The notes under the pieces were generated by a model that worked only from the letters and a program-made list of their open reading frames with translations, was not told where the DNA came from and did not search any database. The position numbers and the translations under genes are program-made. Source: Abditibacteriaceae bacterium (GTDB taxonomy: Bacteria > Armatimonadota > Abditibacteriia > Abditibacteriales > Abditibacteriaceae). Taken from it: DNA of 64,000 bases. Below, one piece after another: positions 28,840 to 39,700 of this stretch (the first letter of the stretch is position 1; the number at the start of each line of letters is the position of its first letter). The stretch spans positions 1 through 64,000 of the forward strand of contig JANPJS010000016.1 of NCBI GenBank assembly GCA_031425655.1, read 5' to 3'.

Positions 28840-30105
28840 ATGGCGCAATCATTCGCATACGTGGCCAAAGACAAGGCCGGAAAAATCCATCGTGGCCGCA
28901 AAGAAGCGGCTAACGAAAAAGAGCTGACCAAACAGCTTATGGAAACCGGTTGGACGGTCACTTCGGTCACCAAAGACGGCGCCAAGGGCGTCAAAAAGCA
29001 AAGCCCTCTTTTGCGATTCAAAAAGGTCGGGTTGAAAGACCTTTCGATCTTTTGCCGTCAGTTCGCCACCATGATCAACGCCGGCGTGAGCCTTGTGCGT
29101 TGTCTTTCCGTGTTGGAGCAGCAAACCGCGAATCCCAAGCTGAAACTTACTATCCGAGACGTGCAAAACCGCGTCGAAGCCGGCGAAACGCTGTCGCGCT
29201 CGATGATGTATCACAACAATATCTTCAACAATTTGTTCATCGGTCTGGTGCGCGCGGGCGAAGTCGGCGGCGTCTTGGACGAAACTCTGGATCGCCTTTC
29301 GCACTTCTTAGAATCCGACCTTCGTTTGCGCTCCAAGATCAAAGCCGCTATGACCTATCCGGTTTTGGTCATGTGCGTGGCGTTCCTGATCGTGACCGGC
29401 CTGGTTGTCTTCATCGTGCCGCAGTTCATCGCAATCTTCAAAGATTTCGATGTCAAAATGCCCGCGCCGACCGCGTTTCTGATCTTGATTTCTGAAAACT
29501 CACGCACGCCGGTCGGTATGATTTCCATTATTTTCGGCCCGTTCGCGCTGAAAACTGGTTGGAGCAAATTCGTCAAAACCAAGTTCGGCAAGCGATTTTG
29601 GGACAAAAGCAAGAAAAAGCTGCCGATTTTCGGCAAACTTGGCATCAACATCGCCGTGGCGCGCTTTTGCCGCACTTTGGCCACGCTGCTCACTTCGGGC
29701 GTGCCGATTTTGCAGGCTTTGGAAACCGTCGCCAACGCGATTGACGACGAAGTTTTCACTACAGTCATCATGAACGCGCGCACCCGCATTCGTGAAGGCG
29801 ACCCGATTGGCGAGCCTCTGGAAAAAAGCAAAATGTTCCCGCCGATGGTGATTCAGATGATCAACATCGGCGAAGAAACCGGCGCACTTGACCAAATGTT
29901 GGGCAAAGTCGCCGACTTTTACGAGCAGGAAGTCGAAACGCAGCTTGAATCGCTCGCGGCGGCTCTGGAACCGCTGATGATCGTGATTTTGGGCGCTATC
30001 GTCGGCTTCATTGTCATCGCCATGTTCATGCCTTTGATCGCTATCATTAATCAGTTGTCCGGCGGCGACGACGACAAGCCAAAAGCCACCGGCGGCGACG
30101 ACTAA
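28840..30105 (+). CDS. pilC: Type IV pilus platform protein (PilC/GspF family)
   Basis: FCRQFATMINAGV, AGEVGGVLD, KIKAAMTYP, GEETGALD, LEPLMIV. Confidence 0.95.
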   Translation: MAQSFAYVAKDKAGKIHRGRKEAANEKELTKQLMETGWTVTSVTKDGAKGVKKQSPLLRFKKVGLKDLSIFCRQFATMINAGVSLVRCLSVLEQQTANPKLKLTIRDVQNRVEAGETLSRSMMYHNNIFNNLFIGLVRAGEVGGVLDETLDRLSHFLESDLRLRSKIKAAMTYPVLVMCVAFLIVTGLVVFIVPQFIAIFKDFDVKMPAPTAFLILISENSRTPVGMISIIFGPFALKTGWSKFVKTKFGKRFWDKSKKKLPIFGKLGINIAVARFCRTLATLLTSGVPILQALETVANAIDDEVFTTVIMNARTRIREGDPIGEPLEKSKMFPPMVIQMINIGEETGALDQMLGKVADFYEQEVETQLESLAAALEPLMIVILGAIVGFIVIAMFMPLIAIINQLSGGDDDKPKATGGDD

Positions 30106-30183
30106 CGCGCTGTTTTTAGTTTCTATCGGGGCAGGTTTGCGAGGCATCGCAGCCTGCCCCGTTTTCGGCTGTGACCTGCGATA

Positions 30184-31161
30184 ATGGAGATTGCAATTTT
30201 TCTGTTCGTGCTGGGTGCCATCGTTGGCTCGTTTCTCAACGTGTGCATCTGGCGCCTGCCGCGTCACGAAAGCGTGGTGCATCCTCCCTCGCATTGCCCG
30301 CGCTGCGACACGCAGTTGCAGCCGATTGACCTTGTGCCTTTAGTTTCGCAAGTTGCCTTGCGCGCCCGATGCCGCTATTGTGGCGCGAAGATTTCGTGGC
30401 GCTATTTCGGCATCGAATTTTTGACGGGCTGCCTTTTCGCCTTAGTCGGGCTGCACGCAACGTGGATGGTAAACGGACAATGGATCGGCGATCCCGTCGA
30501 ACTCTTGCGCGGTTTGATTTTCATGGCGGCGTTAGTTGTCATTTTCTGGATTGACTACGATGTGCGCTTGATTCAAATGGAAGCGGTGCTGCTTTTGGGC
30601 ATCGCCGGCGTCGGACTGGATTTTTGGCGGGTTCGCGGCAACGTCGCTTCTTTAACCACGGGCCGCGTCTTCGATCAGTTCGATTTGCTGCCGGCGCCTC
30701 TGCCCGGTTCGATTTTGGCGATGATTGTCACGGCGGCGGTGCTGTGGCTGCTGCGCGAAGTGTTTTCGCGCCTTTACGGACGCGAAGCGATGGGCTTTGG
30801 CGATGTCTTGCTGGTCGCGGCCATCGCGGCCAACCTTGGTTGGAACCTGACTCTCGTCACATTCTTCTTTCTGGCGTTCGTCGCGGGCGCACCGTTGGCC
30901 ATTGGCTTGCAAATACCCAGCGCCTTCCGCGCTTATCGCTGGGGCCGAGCGCGCCAACGAAAATATGGCGCTTCACCCGTCCTGGCCAAAGCGCTGGCCC
31001 GCCGCAGTTTTCGCCGCTCGATTCCCTTCGGGCCGATGCTGGCCATCGCTGCAGTTTTCGCCTTGCTTTATGGGCCGCAGTTAAACGCGGCTTATCTGAA
31101 TACGATCTCGCCGAGTGCCATAAGTGCGCCTTTCACATCGCGCTCGGTGCCAACAGGTTAA
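30184..31161 (+). CDS. pilD: Prepilin peptidase (A24)
   Basis: GSFLNVCIWRLP, SHCPRC, CRYC, WID, MGFGD, IPFGP. Confidence 0.93.
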   Translation: MEIAIFLFVLGAIVGSFLNVCIWRLPRHESVVHPPSHCPRCDTQLQPIDLVPLVSQVALRARCRYCGAKISWRYFGIEFLTGCLFALVGLHATWMVNGQWIGDPVELLRGLIFMAALVVIFWIDYDVRLIQMEAVLLLGIAGVGLDFWRVRGNVASLTTGRVFDQFDLLPAPLPGSILAMIVTAAVLWLLREVFSRLYGREAMGFGDVLLVAAIAANLGWNLTLVTFFFLAFVAGAPLAIGLQIPSAFRAYRWGRARQRKYGASPVLAKALARRSFRRSIPFGPMLAIAAVFALLYGPQLNAAYLNTISPSAISAPFTSRSVPTG

Positions 31162-31246
31162 GAATCCGTCCAAGTGGGCATAATGCCTTATAATTAATGC
31201 ACTGAAGCGCACTTTTCAACGCAGGTTTCCGGTGGAGAACAAAGTT

Positions 31247-32101
31247 ATGAAGAAGCAAACATCGCAGATGCGGGCCTCCGGCTTTACTTTAGTCGAGCTT
31301 TTGGTGGTGCTGGCGATCATCGCTTTGCTCGCCGGCCTGCTGTTTCCCGCTTTCAATCGGATGCAGGAAAGAGCCTCTCAAACGACCTGCGTCACCAACC
31401 TGAATCAAATCAGCACCGCTGTGCGGCAATATTATCTCGATGAAAAAGCGTATCCCAATTCGCTGACTTTCCTAATGCCAATCAGCGCTGAATTAGATGG
31501 CAACGCCGCGACGGTAGATGACAACGCAAAGAGCGCAGCTTTTCTGTCGTCGCTGGATTCGGGAAAATGCCCGAACGACGACACCGACACTACCACTTCG
31601 CACCTTTCTTATGGACAATTCGGCGTTCCGGTTCCGACGCCTTTGCCAACACCCTTGACCGCCACGACTACCTTTGATGGCGGACAATATGTGTGGAATT
31701 ACTGGGGCTACCGCACCGATGGCTATTCTTATCAGAGCGCATCCGAAGCGGCGGCGGCGCAGGGAAGCGGGCCAGTGTATGAGTTTTTGTTAGACAAAAA
31801 CAAGGCGTATAACCATCCGTATGCCCCGGCAACGCCTGCGTCTCCGCAAAAGAACCTCGTCGAAAAGTCGCTTTCCAACCGCTACGCGACCTCCGACACC
31901 ATCATCACCCATTGCATTTATCATCGCACGACGTCGAGCGGTTTGAACTTTCCGACAGAACTTTACATGACTCCAGCCAATGACAAAGGCGCGAGAGACA
32001 TCGTTTTGCTGCTCGACGGCAGAGTGAAAACTTTAGATGTCAGCAATTTCACAACGTCCGCCGCTGGTGGTAAAAGCCAGTGGCAAGTGCAGAAATTTTA
32101 A
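31247..32101 (+). CDS. Prepilin-type N-methylation protein, DUF1559/H-X9-DG-like
   Basis: G^FTLVELLVVLAIIALLAGLLFP, CVTNLNQI..Y..D, CPND, C-terminal HCIYHR...LLLDGRV. Confidence 0.85.
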   Translation: MKKQTSQMRASGFTLVELLVVLAIIALLAGLLFPAFNRMQERASQTTCVTNLNQISTAVRQYYLDEKAYPNSLTFLMPISAELDGNAATVDDNAKSAAFLSSLDSGKCPNDDTDTTTSHLSYGQFGVPVPTPLPTPLTATTTFDGGQYVWNYWGYRTDGYSYQSASEAAAAQGSGPVYEFLLDKNKAYNHPYAPATPASPQKNLVEKSLSNRYATSDTIITHCIYHRTTSSGLNFPTELYMTPANDKGARDIVLLLDGRVKTLDVSNFTTSAAGGKSQWQVQKF

Positions 32102-32160
32102 GATTCCGGCGCGCATTCTTTGAGAATGCGCGCCGATTTGTAACTCAAAGCAGGTAAACG

Positions 32161-33972
32161 ATGCGTGAACGAACATTTCCGAGGGTAACAGCGCGCAAGT
32201 CACGGCGTCAGGGCTTCACATTAGTCGAAATCATGGTGGCGCTGGTCATTTTCGTTTTCGGCGCCATCGCCATCCTGCGTATTTTTCCGCAAGGCCTGGG
32301 CATCGTGCGCGACACCGAACACCGCGCTGTCGCCACGCGCATGAGCCGCACCACGCTTGGTGAGCAGGAATCAAGAATCGCTGTTCAGCCCGAAGCGGTT
32401 TATAACTTTGACCCCGCCAGCACATTTCCCGGCGGTTGGGCTGAGGCTATTAATTTAGCCGGTCAAGCCTTGTCATATACAGGTGGGCCTAACAGTAATT
32501 CCATCCCCAGAGGGCCACAAGACCCGATTCAAGAGACAGCACTTGGACGTTTTGGGCGCATTCGCGGCGAGCGCCAAACCGTTAAGAATGCCAGCGGCGG
32601 CGCTTATACTGGCTCTTATGTGCTGACTCGGTTTCCGTATGTAGGAGATCCTACTGCCCCGCCAGAACTCAGGAAAGTTTATGTTTACCGGGAAGAAATC
32701 ATCAATGGCGTAAGAATAAGTGCCAGCGGTTTTCTCGATTTCAGCCGCGCCAAAACTGCCAATGGAGCAAGTTTCTCCGGCACCCCTGCCGTGCGTCCCC
32801 CAGACACTCATCGTCACAGCATGGCACTCACCGACGCGGTAGATGACACCACCTATTACGTTTCTTATCTCTGGCAGCAGGCGCTCTCTTCAGGTTCTCC
32901 ACGAGTTCAGGGAGTTACTGAGGAGAGTCTGCGTATGCCTAAAGACACAACTGCGCCTGTCTGGACTGATGGTGTTGACGGACGTGTAACTACGATGACC
33001 GGGACTGTAATTCCAGGATTAGTGCAAGTGCGTCTTCGCCAGTTGGCAAGCATAGTTACGTCTTCAACCACTCCCACATCACCAGTATTAACGCCACCTC
33101 AAGATTTCAATGATGCCACAGCCGGATTAGTCAGACTAAGCCTTTCTGCCGGCCAATCTGTGAGCCTCGACTATAATGTGGCGGATTGGCAAGCCTTAGC
33201 TCACGATGAGACGGTATCGAACCCATCACCGGCTGAGACTCCGGCACCAACCGTAGGAAAGCGGTGGACTGTCAGCGCGCCGATGCGAGGCATTGACGGA
33301 GAGCCGGGCATTACCACGCTCTTTATTCGTTCTAATGGCACGGTAGAGTGGGCGCAGTTGAAAGGCACAGTGACTAATAGTGGTGGCGCGACCGGCTCGA
33401 CTATCTTCGAGCCGGGTTTTAACGGTCCGGCATCACGCTTAACTTACGACACGCCGGACAACACCCAAACTCGCACTGTTTATCGCACTTTAGATAATTG
33501 GTCGCATCAGCTTGGAGTTGCGGCTCGCACATATCAGCACTTCATTACCAATCGCGCAACTGCGGCTCCTAACAGCCCGCGTGAAGGCTGGCGCGAGTTT
33601 GTTTGGCTGCCTGGTAACAATCCAAATGGCGGAAAGCTTTACTTCCAGCCGTCCGACGCCGGCAAAGTGGTCATGGTGACCTATGAATACATGGACGGCA
33701 CCACGCCGCGCCTAATTTCAAATGCGATGGTGCCTATCGGCGAAGAGCTGATAGAAACAGGTTCCATTCCAACTTTCCCTGCTGGCTTCGCTCCTGTAAC
33801 GAGCAGAGTAGTCTTCGCTCAATTGAGTGATTTGCAAGGGAATCCGCTTGGCGCCGGCGTGAGCGCCGTGCGTTCGGTGCAAGGCGTTTCGACGATGGCG
33901 CGCACGGCGTGGATCAGGGGCCAGCGTTATTCGCAGGTTATCGCTAAAGGAATGCGCCCGCTGGTGCAGTAA
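32161..33972 (+). CDS. Large minor pilin (PilV/GspI-like N-terminus), 603 aa
   Basis: G^FTLVEIMVALVIFVFGAIAIL followed by a long beta-rich domain. Confidence 0.8.
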   Translation: MRERTFPRVTARKSRRQGFTLVEIMVALVIFVFGAIAILRIFPQGLGIVRDTEHRAVATRMSRTTLGEQESRIAVQPEAVYNFDPASTFPGGWAEAINLAGQALSYTGGPNSNSIPRGPQDPIQETALGRFGRIRGERQTVKNASGGAYTGSYVLTRFPYVGDPTAPPELRKVYVYREEIINGVRISASGFLDFSRAKTANGASFSGTPAVRPPDTHRHSMALTDAVDDTTYYVSYLWQQALSSGSPRVQGVTEESLRMPKDTTAPVWTDGVDGRVTTMTGTVIPGLVQVRLRQLASIVTSSTTPTSPVLTPPQDFNDATAGLVRLSLSAGQSVSLDYNVADWQALAHDETVSNPSPAETPAPTVGKRWTVSAPMRGIDGEPGITTLFIRSNGTVEWAQLKGTVTNSGGATGSTIFEPGFNGPASRLTYDTPDNTQTRTVYRTLDNWSHQLGVAARTYQHFITNRATAAPNSPREGWREFVWLPGNNPNGGKLYFQPSDAGKVVMVTYEYMDGTTPRLISNAMVPIGEELIETGSIPTFPAGFAPVTSRVVFAQLSDLQGNPLGAGVSAVRSVQGVSTMARTAWIRGQRYSQVIAKGMRPLVQ

Positions 33973-34050
33973 GCCGGCGCAAGGGAAACGAAACGGCATG
34001 ATGCGTCAGGCGTCGTGTCGGCCACAGAATTAGAGAGATTCGGCATCGCT

Positions 34051-34824
34051 ATGAAAACACGAAGCGTTCGAGAATCGTTGGTGACACGGCGCCCAAATCG
34101 GCGCGGTGCTTTTACGCTCGTGGAATTGCTGGTTGTGATTTCCATTGCCAGCCTGCTTGCAGCGATTACATTAGGCGGCTATCGTTCCATCGGCGAAGGC
34201 CAAACTCGCCTTTCCTGCCAGACCAACCTCACGCAGATTTACGCGGCGCTGCGCCTTTATGGAAACGACAACGACGGGCTGTTTCCAGCCTACGCCCCGA
34301 CTAATTCAGCGGGAAATAAAGGCATCGGACTGTGGGCGCTTTATGTGCTGCCATCCAGCACCGATGCCGACAAAACTTCGGACGTAGGCGACACGTTAAC
34401 CGGCGGGGCGCCAAAGCCCATCGCTTCTTATCTGCGCAATCACAAACAGTTGCACTGTCCATCGGACACGGACAACGAAGATCGCTTTTTGTCCGGCACC
34501 GGCGATCAGTTCAACATGAGCTATTTGTCGTATCAGGCGCAGGACGGAAGCGAATGGACTTACAAACCGTCACGCACAACCGTTCAAACCGATCCGCTTT
34601 TCAAGCGCCAATTAATCCGTTATCAAGGCGCATCCACGACTCCTCTGATTCGCACGCCCGATGACACGACGGTCGTGACGTGGTGCAAATGGCATCGCCT
34701 TACGCGCGAGATTGATAACGTCTTGTTCTTCGACGGCTCGGTGCGCCCGATTCCCAAAGAGCAACCCGACCCTTCCGGCGGCCCCACCATTTTTACGGAT
34801 TGGAAACGCCTGCCCCGCAATTGA
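34051..34824 (+). CDS. Prepilin-type N-methylation protein, DUF1559/H-X9-DG-like
   Basis: GA^FTLVELLVVISIASLLAAI, CQTNLTQI..Y..D, CPSD, WCKWHR...NVLFFDGSV. Confidence 0.85.
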   Translation: MKTRSVRESLVTRRPNRRGAFTLVELLVVISIASLLAAITLGGYRSIGEGQTRLSCQTNLTQIYAALRLYGNDNDGLFPAYAPTNSAGNKGIGLWALYVLPSSTDADKTSDVGDTLTGGAPKPIASYLRNHKQLHCPSDTDNEDRFLSGTGDQFNMSYLSYQAQDGSEWTYKPSRTTVQTDPLFKRQLIRYQGASTTPLIRTPDDTTVVTWCKWHRLTREIDNVLFFDGSVRPIPKEQPDPSGGPTIFTDWKRLPRN

Positions 34825-34852
34825 CTCCTAAGCGACTTTTATCGGCAATCAC

Positions 34853-36016
34853 ATGATCGAAAATTCTCGGCCTAAAACCATTCTGCGGCGTGCCTTTTCC
34901 AAGGCGCGTCGTCCTGCGAGCGCCGCCACGCGCCGCGCGGGCTTCACGATGATCGAGATTTTGGTCGCGCTGGCGATTTTCTCGATTATGATGGTCATCA
35001 TTTTCGTGCCGCTCAACTTGGGCCTGAAGTTCTTTCACATCGGCAAAACGCGTTCGGATATGCTGGCTTCGGCGCAAACCACGATGGATGCGATGGAGCG
35101 AGAGCTTCGCAAAGCGATTTTCGTGTTTCCCAACGAAGCCCTACCCGGCGTCACCGACCGCGCGCCTTATAATACTGCCGGCGGAGTTAATCCCGAAGGT
35201 CGTCCTTATCTCCGTGTCAACGCTAATCTTATCGGCGTGTGTGATACCGATACAGCCAACGCCACATATGTAGATAACGCCTCGCGCCTTGATTTCTTAT
35301 TAGCGGATAATTTCGATACAGCTTCAGGAACAGAGCTTCTGCAACCGATTTCTCCCCTGCGTCCGACGCCATATTTTGTAAGTTTTTATGCGCGGCGTCA
35401 GAAAATGGAGATAATACTTCCGAATACTCAACCGCCACCGCCAGAGCCTTTTGAAAACCCAATTGTGCTTTTCCGCGCTCAGATGCCTTATCGTGAGCAT
35501 AACGGAGCGTATGTGCCGAACCCGGTGACTCCTTCGGCCCGTAATGCTAATCTGTCTTCCACGTTGAATAGCCGCTATCCTAATCCGGCACCTACAAGTC
35601 CGGGGCAATGCGATGCCACTTCCTCCAACGATACCAACCTCGGTTCTTACTGGTTGAACCAATTCGCGGGCACGAATGAACCCAACCTCGAACCGCTGTG
35701 CTTCGATTCAACAGGGGCTGGCGGCTTTGCTTCGGTGCCCGGCACGCACACGCAGATGCTGCCGCGTGGCGTGAGTCTGCTGGCGCGCAAAGCGTATGAC
35801 CCGTTGTCCGACGGCACGGCGAACCCCAACCCAGATTACACGCCTGACACCACGTTTCATTGCGCCGACACCGATGGCGACCACAAGATAGATCAGGTCA
35901 AGATCACGCTTTCGCTGAGTTCGTTCGACGACATTGGCGCCGACCGCAAGGGCGGAGAGCTTCGCCCACAAAATCAGGCGTTGACCCAAACCATCAGCCT
36001 GCCGAACGTGCGTTAA
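34853..36016 (+). CDS. Minor pilin (PilW/GspJ-like)
   Basis: G^FTMIEILVALAIFSIMM, AQTTMDAMERELRKA helix, C-terminal LTQTISLPN. Confidence 0.82.
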   Translation: MIENSRPKTILRRAFSKARRPASAATRRAGFTMIEILVALAIFSIMMVIIFVPLNLGLKFFHIGKTRSDMLASAQTTMDAMERELRKAIFVFPNEALPGVTDRAPYNTAGGVNPEGRPYLRVNANLIGVCDTDTANATYVDNASRLDFLLADNFDTASGTELLQPISPLRPTPYFVSFYARRQKMEIILPNTQPPPPEPFENPIVLFRAQMPYREHNGAYVPNPVTPSARNANLSSTLNSRYPNPAPTSPGQCDATSSNDTNLGSYWLNQFAGTNEPNLEPLCFDSTGAGGFASVPGTHTQMLPRGVSLLARKAYDPLSDGTANPNPDYTPDTTFHCADTDGDHKIDQVKITLSLSSFDDIGADRKGGELRPQNQALTQTISLPNVR

Positions 36017-36078
36017 ACGGCGTTAAACGCTGCGTGGACGGCACTTGAGCCTCGGAATTACCTCTCGGAGACATTATC

Positions 36079-36519
36079 ATGGCTGGACTTTTTCGTTTAC
36101 TCGCTTCGATTTTGGCGCACGTTTTTTGGAATCGCGCCGGACGCCGGGGGCCGTTGCCGCCGGTTCGCCTGCCCGGACGGCGCACGACGCATCTGCCGGT
36201 GCCGTCGCCGTGGCAAATCATGGCGGCGACATGGGCCGCCGAGCGGGTGTGGACAGCTTACGGGCCGACGGTGAAACAAAAATTGAAGCAACATCCGGCG
36301 CCGATGGCTCACAAAATCAGCGATTTGCTGCCGGGGCCGGAGCAAGTCGCGCCGGCCCCGCCCAATGCGCAGAAGCCTGTGCAGGCAACGACACCCGTCC
36401 ACACGATAAAGGCATCGAAGCCAAGCGGCGCGGCGACGCAACGGCTGCCGCAAAACGACACGGACGACGCCACGCTGCCGTCCGGTTCGGTATTGCGTTC
36501 GATACGGCCCTCGAATTAA
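36079..36519 (+). CDS. Hypothetical Pro-rich protein within the pilin operon
   Basis: GGAG RBS before ATG and genome-typical codon usage; overlaps only the spurious 5' extension of the long ORF. Confidence 0.55.
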   Translation: MAGLFRLLASILAHVFWNRAGRRGPLPPVRLPGRRTTHLPVPSPWQIMAATWAAERVWTAYGPTVKQKLKQHPAPMAHKISDLLPGPEQVAPAPPNAQKPVQATTPVHTIKASKPSGAATQRLPQNDTDDATLPSGSVLRSIRPSN

Positions 36520-36555
36520 CGAGGTCATTGTCGTGCAACAGAGACAGGACTGTCT

Positions 36556-36704
36556 TTAGAAGCAGTTTGAAAAGTGACGGCGACACCCTTCCCCTTTGCC
36601 GTATCAAGGGGAAGGGCCGGGGGTGGGGTTCGGAAAAACAGCAGAACCCCACCCTAACCCTCCCCTTAAACGGCAAGGGGAGGGGACTTTTCAGACTGCC
36701 TTTA
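36556..36704. mobile_element. MITE-like element with family-A-like termini and a CCCTTCCCC/GGGGAAGGG REP core
   Basis: TTAGAAGCAGTTTGAAAAGT / ACTTTTCAGACTGCCTTTA ends around two inverted REP hairpins. Confidence 0.7.
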
Positions 36705-36785
36705 GAAATTGTTTCCCGACGTTTTGCTGTATTTGTGACCCGTGGCCCTGCCATCTCCACGGTCGCTCCCATTAGAGGTTTCAGG

Positions 36786-39700
36786 ATGAACATCCACACT
36801 TTTCGGTCTTTGATTTCCGCTCCCGCCGCTTTGCGTCGCGGCGCACCACGACGCGGGCAGGCGCTCTTGTTAGCTGTCCTCGTGATGATTTTCGCAGCCT
36901 TAATCGGCTCCACCTTCATTACTGTTCTGGCGCTAAACATAGATCGCACATCGGCGCAGGAGCAGCGCGTTGCCGCCGCCAACGCGGCGCGCAACGGCCT
37001 TGAAGCCGTCAATTACCAGTTAGTCGCCAACGGCAGCGATTGGCGCCCGGAGCAAATCGCGCCGCCGCCCGCGCCGGGCGATGTAACCTACAACTTCTAT
37101 TACACGCCGCAGGAAATCTCTCAAGGTTTCGCGCGTTACACGCTTCATCCTACCACTGACTTAGACGGGGATGGACAAACTTATACAACCGCCAACCCGG
37201 ATTTTGAAGATGACTGGATTGCGTTGGAAAATGCTAAAAACGCAAACCCTTCGCAACCTACGTTCGTAAAATTCCCCGACCCACGCATCGAACAAGTTAC
37301 CGACGTGCCGACGTATTTAGCCGAAGTGCGCGTTGAGAAGGACACGATTAACCATCCTGACAAGGTTGGTATGCTGCGCATGACAGTTGTCGGAGCATCG
37401 CCGAATGATCCTAATGTTTTGGTGCCTCGTGTCAGCTATAAAAGCACATTAGAACGCAATAGTGTGTTTAGTTGGGGTTTGGTTCACACAGGTTGGAACT
37501 ATCAGAAAAATACTCCAACATGGACGGAATGGAAGCCCGCAATTAATACAAGCGCGGGGGCTACTTCTATCATAGTGGAAGATGCCACTGGGATCTCTCC
37601 GGGTCGCCTGTTAACTTTGCAGCAAGGGGCTACCAATGAGTCCGTGATGGTTGCGGGTGTAAACAGCAACACAATTACTTTCAAAGGTAGCACTACACAA
37701 AGTTATCTCGCCACATTAATTGGCGGGGCTGTTTCCGTGCGGGCAGCGACTACATTAATGAATGAGCTGGTGGGACAGGATGGCGTAGCAGCATCACCTT
37801 CAATTACGCCTCAGTTTGACGCGGATGGGGAAACGGCATCCAGCACTTGGGAGCAAACACAAGCACAGGAACAACTGACGACTCTGGGCTGTTTTTTTAA
37901 TACAGATTTAGTTTTGCAAGGCAAAGCTGATTTAGTGTTGGGCGCAAACCAGCAAATGAAAGTTACCGGCCTTATTAGCACGCTAACAGGACAAACCCAA
38001 GCTCGCTTAAAACCAAGCTCTGGCGGCGCAACATCTACGATGCCTACGTCCCAAGATGTGCCAACGAATCAAGTCGGTTCAGCAAGCCTACCCAATGCGG
38101 AACAAGCTCGCGTTTACGATAATCCTTATCCGGCGAGTGGGCCTGTCGCAGACTCTCCATTTAATCGTTCGGTGCGGCCTCAAATACCGCCTGACATCAA
38201 TCAATTCACCAAGTTACAAGATGTCACTAAATACGCTGCCGGTGGAGCGGTGGGATTGGGGCCGGGACTCTTTATCAACAATTCCGATGATGTTGAACAA
38301 GTGGCCGAGAACGGCATCCTGCGTGCGCTAAGTGTGTCGGATTTTCACCGATTGGGGCAAGGAAAGTCCTTACCATCAACCTCCACCACAGGTAACGTCA
38401 CGGCTGGTGATACCAACGGAATTGCTGCGGTCGCTGGAAATAATACAGGGTCAGGGCACCGTTTAGTTTTCCCAAATCTTACTCCGCCAAACACCGATGG
38501 TTACAAATACCCGCTGACGTTCGGCTCCCTTGAGCAGCGTGGAATTCGTGGTTGGATCAGCACTTTCGAGTTTTTGCCGCGAGGAGCATTAATCGAGTTG
38601 AACGGGAGTATTATCACGGTTACCTTGGATGATCGTTCTGATGCTTACCCCGATTTGCCAGACCCAAGCAAAGCGTGGCCGTGGGCCAGCAACGCGGCAT
38701 TCACAACTGTGCCGTTAGACAAATGCTATCGCATGGAAATTAATGCTCTGACGAATGCGCGTGTCTGCCGCGCATCGTCAACTTCCACTATCCAAGCGAC
38801 TCCTTCTCAAACTCTTCCTGCCTTTAACGGAATTATTTACGCCGAGGGAAATGTGCGAGTGCGGGGCACCAGCGGCGCTGTTCCAATCACGATTGTTTCG
38901 ATGGGTAACATTTATGTCGAAGGTGAACTAAAACAATCCAGCGCCACGGGCCTTATTGGTCTGATCGCTAAGAAAAATGTCGTGTTCAATCCAACGCAAA
39001 TTGTTACTCGCGTGGCCGGTTCCCAAGACCGTGCGGTAGCCGAACGAGCGTTCAATCCGGCTTATCCCGCGACTCCTGACAAAGTCACCACATCGCCCGT
39101 CTCTCTCGCCAATCCTGTAACAGTTGATGCTGCCAACACTACAAATGAAACACAATCGTTTCGAGTTGGTGATTTAGTGCGAGTCGGAGTTGGCCCCGAA
39201 TGGCGCAGAGTTGAGCAAGTGAATGCGACATCGTTGTCACTTGTTCCGGCCCTCACCACTGCGCCTACCTCTGGCACCGAAGTGCGAATTCTTACAGATC
39301 CAGCTTTCGTAGCTGGTTCCGACACTACTTTATTTCCTGCACCTGTAGCCAATGTGACGACACCCGCAGGATCGCGCAGGATTGGCGATGTCTTTCAGGT
39401 AACCGAATGGTTTTATCGAATGGAGAGCGCCGCCACGCAAAGCGATGTTCTGGCGCGTGACATCAAGATTGATAATGCGGTGCCCAGTGCTGGTTCGGGA
39501 GGCTCGTTAATATTATCTGCTCGCATGGTCGGTGAGCGTAAAGAAGCAGCGTCATTGCGCTTTACGGGACTTGATGACACTCCACCGCCCCCTGTGCCTG
39601 GGCCTCTTCCGGCGCCTTACAGCATTAGCGCACGAGAAGACACCAATAACAATGGCTTATGGGAAATCACCGAAGATATTTTCAAAGGCTCAAGCCTGAC

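Noticed and set aside
36045..36785. 5' extension giving a 1584-aa ORF
   Set aside because: Overlaps a separate small gene and a MITE; the prepilin-like N-terminus and RBS point to ATG 36786
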